A DNA stretch of 64,000 nt, taken from positions 640,001 to 704,000 of the forward strand of contig CBDCYI010000004.1 in NCBI GenBank assembly GCA_965224085.1, written 5' to 3'. The notes beneath the pieces are model-generated. The model was not told where the DNA came from, ran no database searches, and saw only the letters and a list, made by a program, of their open reading frames with translations. The position numbers and the translations under genes are program-made. Origin of the DNA: Candidatus Marinacidobacterales bacterium. Lineage in GTDB: Bacteria > Acidobacteriota > Vicinamibacteria > Marinacidobacterales > SMYC01. Position 1 is the stretch's first letter; each line of letters begins with the position of its first letter. Shown piece after piece: positions 59,496 to 64,000 of this stretch.

Positions 59496-60524
59496 ATGGC
59501 TGCGGTCATCGTTCTTTTTGGAGGAGACGGAAGCGAGCATCGTGTCTCCGTCGCCTCAGCGCAGAACGTCGCCTCGCATCTCGCGGGGGCGAGGCTCTGG
59601 TTTTGGACTCGCGACGGAGCGGTGCACGATGTCGAGCGAGACGCTTTGCTCCGATTCGAGCGGCCTTTCGAGCGCTATTTCTCTCCGACGCCCCGCGCGA
59701 TCTGGGCGGATATCGGCCGCGCTTTCGCGGACGGCGCGGCCCGGGAATCTGTTTTCTTTCTCGCCCTCCACGGCGGCTCCGGTGAGAATGGTACACTCCA
59801 AAGCCGACTCGAGACACGTGGGTATGCCTTTACCGGTTCGGGAGCCGAGGCGAGTTGTGCCGCCTTCGACAAGGTCCGTGCACGGGAAGCGCTCTCCGCG
59901 CGAGGGGTGCGTGTCGCCGACGCTTGTCTCGTCGACGGAGACAGCGCCACTCACGAGAAGCTCGCCCACCTCTTCGAGACCTACAGGAAAGTGGTCGTGA
60001 AACCGGTCGCCGACGGCTCGAGCCACGGCGTGCGGTTCATCGAGACGGAGAAGGATCTAAACGAGGTCATCGTCGACGTGCGACGCCAAGGCGGCGGCAA
60101 AGTGCTCGCCGAAGCGTTCATCGCCGGACGCGAGCTCACGGTAGCCGTGTGCGAGAGTGCTCACGGGCGGACGGCTCTGCCGTGCTCGGAGGTCCGTCTA
60201 GACGACGGTCGCACCTTCGACTACGAAGGAAAGTACCTCGGCAAAGGCACGACCGAGCTGACGCCTGCGCCGGTGCCGGACGATGTGGCTGCCGCCGCCC
60301 AGAACGTCGCTCTGACGGCGCACGACGCGCTCGGCTGCTACGGCTACTCCCGAACCGATGTCATCATTCGAGATGGTCCAGATCGAGGCCCGGTTTTCCT
60401 CGAGCTCAATACACTTCCCGGACTCACCGCGGCTTCTTTTGTCCCTCAGCAACTCGAAGCAGCGGGGATCGCGATGGACGTGTTTCTCGCTCGCCAGATC
60501 GAGCTCGCACGCGCTCGACGCTGA
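59496..60524 (+). CDS. ddl: D-alanine--D-alanine ligase
   Basis: FGGDGSEHRVS, LHGGSGENG, KPVADGSS, FDYEGKY, LELNTLPG. Confidence 0.88.
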   Translation: MAAVIVLFGGDGSEHRVSVASAQNVASHLAGARLWFWTRDGAVHDVERDALLRFERPFERYFSPTPRAIWADIGRAFADGAARESVFFLALHGGSGENGTLQSRLETRGYAFTGSGAEASCAAFDKVRAREALSARGVRVADACLVDGDSATHEKLAHLFETYRKVVVKPVADGSSHGVRFIETEKDLNEVIVDVRRQGGGKVLAEAFIAGRELTVAVCESAHGRTALPCSEVRLDDGRTFDYEGKYLGKGTTELTPAPVPDDVAAAAQNVALTAHDALGCYGYSRTDVIIRDGPDRGPVFLELNTLPGLTAASFVPQQLEAAGIAMDVFLARQIELARARR

Positions 60525-62043
60525 GCGCTCGCTGTCCATGGTTGCACGACTATCGGCGGCGCATTACCATGAATTTACTGTTGCCGTCCCACCCGAGACC
60601 GACCACCACACGACGTAGCCCCAAACACATCCGACCCGACCTGTATGGCTAGCAGAGACCCCCGGGCCAAGACGCGTAAGACTTCGACCGCACATAAACA
60701 TGGAGGCTTGAAAGAGCTTCCCGCAACCGCGATCTGTGGAAACGATATCACCTCTTCGGTGCTCTACGTCTCCGCACTCTCCATTATCGCGGGCGGCAAG
60801 TGGGCCTGCCTGTCGCTTCTTATCGTCGCCGCCGTGTTGTTCCTCTTCCGCGGAATCTATGCCGAAGTGGTCGGCGCCCTACCGCTCAACGGAGGCGCCT
60901 ATAACGCGCTGTTGAACACGACGAGCAAAAGATGGGCTTCCATCGCGGCGTGCTTGACGATCCTTTCCTATATGGCCACCGCCGTCATTTCGGCGGGAGA
61001 AGCCATGCACTACGCGCATGGGCTCTGGGATGGGCTGAACATATTCTGGGCCACGATCGTTCTGATGGCTATCTTCATGATGCTCACGATCATCGGCATC
61101 CAGGAATCGTCCCGCGTTTCGGTCGGCATCTTTCTCTTCCACCTCTCGAGCCTGACCCTCCTCGTCGCGGTAATCAGCATCCGCTTGTCTCAGACCGGCC
61201 TCTCGGTCCTCTCGCTCAACCTCGCCACGCCGACCGAGAGCGTGCCGAAAGCAATCTTCTTCGGCTTTGCCGCGGCGCTGCTCGGGATCTCCGGCTTCGA
61301 GAGCTCGTCTAATTTCGTGGAAGAGCAAGCCGAAGGCGTATTCCTGAAAACGCTTCGCAATATGTGGGTGGCGGTCAGCGTTTTCAATCCATTGATGGCT
61401 TTTCTCGCGCTCGCCATCGTCCCCATCGGGGACGTCAACGCGCATCAAGAAGATCTCCTGGCGTATATGGGAAATCTGGCGGGCGGCCAATGGCTGTCCA
61501 CTATCGTCTCCGTGGACGCCACGCTCGTCTTGAGCGGAGCTGTGCTGACCTCCTTCGTCGGCGTCACCGGGCTCATAAAGCGAATGACCCTCGACCGCGT
61601 GCTACCTCAGTATCTATTGAGGACGAACAGGCGCGGCACGACGCATTGGATCGTCATCGTCTTTTTCCTGCTCGCCGTGTCGGTTCACTTCATCACCCAT
61701 GGAGAGATCGGAGCCCTCGCGGGTGTGTATACGATCTCCTTTCTTTCGGTGATGGCGCTTTTCGGGATCGGCAACGTTTTGTTGAAAGTCAAACGCGCGA
61801 GGCTCCCGCGGCCGTCGAAAGCACCGTGGCCAGCTGTCCTTCTCGGCATCGCCGCGGTCCTCGTGGGTCTCGTCGGCAATTACCTCGACAGCCCGGAATA
61901 TTTCTGGGTGTTCCTCCAATATTTCATCCCCACCATACTCGTCGCCTTCGTGATGCTCGGACGTATCGGGCTGCTCAAAGTCTGTCTGTACTTTATCCGA
62001 CGGATCAGCCAGACCATCGCCGGGATCACTTCGTCTCTAGCTA

Positions 62044-63728
62044 GTACCCGTTCCTGACAGGTGTAAGAGGTTGAGAAAAAAGGGGTAATCGCAAATTTAG
62101 GGCTAGCCTTCTGAGGGAGTGTCGTTTAGTATCGAGTCGACAAAAACGCAGATTCTAAACGACTTAACTCCAAAGGAGACCAGCCCTAAATGCGAAAAAC
62201 GATCAACCCACAACCAAGCCTTCGCGAGCCCTGGCTGGAGCTGGAGCACGCACGCGAGCTCGAAACGATATCATCGCTGCTCGATGCCCATCCTAAGCTG
62301 AATGAGCTGGTACTGCAAGACCTGAGGTCGGTCACCCCATCGGCAGGGAGCGATGTTGGTCGTGGGGGAATGAGCGCGGAGCAGGTTCTCCGGGCGTTGT
62401 TGGTCAAGCAGCTGAATCAGTTCACCTATCGGGAGCTGGCGTTTCACTTGGCAGACTCTCGAAGCTATCGGACGTTTTGCCAGCTCGGCATCATAGAGCC
62501 GAGCCCGTCGAAGTCGACCCTAGCAGCAAACATCAAAGCCGTGAAGTTCGAAACGCTGGAGAAAATCAACCGAGAGTTGGTGAGTGTTGCCGAGAAGACC
62601 GCGATCGAAAAAGGAAGAAAAGTACGAGTGGACTGCACGGTAGTGGAGTCGAATATTCATTCTCCTACGGACTCCGAGCTTCTTTATGACTGCGTCCGAG
62701 TTCTCACTCGCCTCATGTGCCGAACTCGCGAACTGCTGGGTACAGTAGTGGTCTTCGGCAATCGAACGCGTCGAGCGAAGAGACGTCGACTGGGAGTTCT
62801 AAACGCGAAGGATAAGGAACAAAGGCGTCGCGTCTATCGAGATCTACTGAAGGTGTCGGAAGAAACCTATCGCTCCGCTCAACGCGTTGCAGACCAGTTG
62901 GACGAGTCCGGCTTGACCGAGCCGGTGAAGCGAGCGAGTGCGGAGAAGATCGCCGCGGATTTTAAGCACTTTCTCGTCCTCACCGAAAAAGTCATCAACC
63001 AAACTCGGCGTAGAGTGATTGATGAAGAGCGTGTGCCTGCGGAGGAAAAGGTCGTTTCGATCTTCGAAGAACACACCGACATTATTCGCAAAGACCGGCG
63101 CGAGACTCTCTACGGTCACAAGGTGTGTTTGACTGGTGGCTCGTCCTCGATGATTTTGGATTGCGTGATCTTGGATGGGAATCCGTCCGATTCAACTCTC
63201 GCGGAAACCATGATCGACCGTCAAGTCGAACTCTACGAACGGGCCCCGCGCCAGGTTGCCTACGATGGCGCGTTTTCTTCAAAGGCAAACTTGGAAGCCA
63301 TCAAAGGCAAGGGAGTTGAAGATGTTGCCTTTACCAAGGCTCACTTCGCGGTGACCGATATGGTCAAGAGTTCCTGGGTCTATCAACGCCTACGGCGATT
63401 TCGCTGCGGAATCGAAGGCGTCATTTCGTTCTTGAAACGAGTCTTTGGTCTCGACCGATGCACATGGCGCTCATTGCCTTCTTTCAAATCCTACGTATGG
63501 AGTTCCATCATCACCTGCAACCTGTTGGTAATGGCAAGGCACCTATTACGATAATAATGATTGCTCTTACTGCGTTTATAGCCATGGATTGCTGACGATT
63601 CGCCTCTCGTTTCGTCCAAGATTTTCATTCGCTTCCGAGCCTACGAGGTGCCGACTGAAAACGTATAATACCCACATCTTCGATAGGCCTCTCGTACACC
63701 ACAAGTTATGGTGTTTCTGGACAGGAAC
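62044..63728 (+). mobile_element. ISNCY/IS5-like insertion sequence
   Basis: 6-bp duplication TAGCTA at 62038-62043 and 63729-63734. Imperfect IRs GTACCCGTTC / GACAGGAAC. Confidence 0.88.
62190..63554 (+). CDS. DDE transposase (ISNCY/IS5-like)
   Basis: RVDCTVVESNIHSPTDSELL, EKVVSIFEEH, AYDGAFSS, FRCGIEGVISFLKR. Confidence 0.9.
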   Translation: MRKTINPQPSLREPWLELEHARELETISSLLDAHPKLNELVLQDLRSVTPSAGSDVGRGGMSAEQVLRALLVKQLNQFTYRELAFHLADSRSYRTFCQLGIIEPSPSKSTLAANIKAVKFETLEKINRELVSVAEKTAIEKGRKVRVDCTVVESNIHSPTDSELLYDCVRVLTRLMCRTRELLGTVVVFGNRTRRAKRRRLGVLNAKDKEQRRRVYRDLLKVSEETYRSAQRVADQLDESGLTEPVKRASAEKIAADFKHFLVLTEKVINQTRRRVIDEERVPAEEKVVSIFEEHTDIIRKDRRETLYGHKVCLTGGSSSMILDCVILDGNPSDSTLAETMIDRQVELYERAPRQVAYDGAFSSKANLEAIKGKGVEDVAFTKAHFAVTDMVKSSWVYQRLRRFRCGIEGVISFLKRVFGLDRCTWRSLPSFKSYVWSSIITCNLLVMARHLLR

Positions 63729-64000
63729 TAGCTAAAGGACTGTACGATAAGATCGACGAAATCAACTCGCAGCAGGTCGTCTTCTTTACTCGCGGCGACA
63801 GCATCAACAACTTGAACGAAGCGATGTTGTACGTGCGCAACAACGAACATACGAATCGTCTCAAGGTCGTGACCGTGGTGGAGAACGAAAAAGACGTGCC
63901 GCCGCGGCTGAAGAAAGACCTCGAGTTCCTCGACGAGGCTTATCCCGAGATCGACATCGAGTTCGTCGTTCGCCTGGGTGAGTTCGGCCCCAAGCTCATC

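Larger units (their letters stand above)
60645..64000 (+). pseudogene. APC-family permease interrupted by an IS; runs off window end
   Basis: ATAICGNDITSS, SGFESS, multiple TMs. Removing the IS restores TSSLA-KGLYDKIDEINSQQVVFFTRGD in frame. Confidence 0.88.

Noticed and set aside
59496-60524. Van-type D-Ala-D-Lac ligase
   Set aside because: The omega loop ends KY as in ordinary Ddl, and there is no van cluster.

Overview
This is a 64 kb, GC-rich bacterial chromosome segment. Its gene repertoire suggests Acidobacteriota, but that is an inference. The left ~43 kb is accessory and heavily eroded. Intact catabolic or secreted enzymes (LLM oxidoreductases, S9/M14/M20 peptidases, TPP enzyme, TldD/PmbA, amidase, phosphodiesterase, TauD-like) are interleaved with more than 15 deletion shards and chimeric ORFs. 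This part also carries a VapBC locus, an IS1634-family element, an IS200/IS605 tnpA element and a related ~200 bp hairpin-rich MITE. The right ~20 kb is mostly intact core genes (mltB, apaG, RluA-like, CinA-like, CapA, PBP1A, lon, DnaJ class B, ddl), with a DnaA-box cluster and an APC permease split by an ISNCY-type element. The most interesting unexplained structure is a dispersed non-coding element in three copies (~3.7, 27.0 and 32.8 kb). It consists of a 16-bp palindrome followed by an IS91/ISCR-like oriIS end. One copy is attached to a transposase C-terminal remnant, and two have stuttered nick-site ends. This suggests a non-autonomous rolling-circle mini-element that may be linked to the local gene shredding. 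I found no tRNA, rRNA or CRISPR array. All calls were made by eye from motifs. Single-base frameshifts and short tandem duplications could be sequencing or assembly errors.
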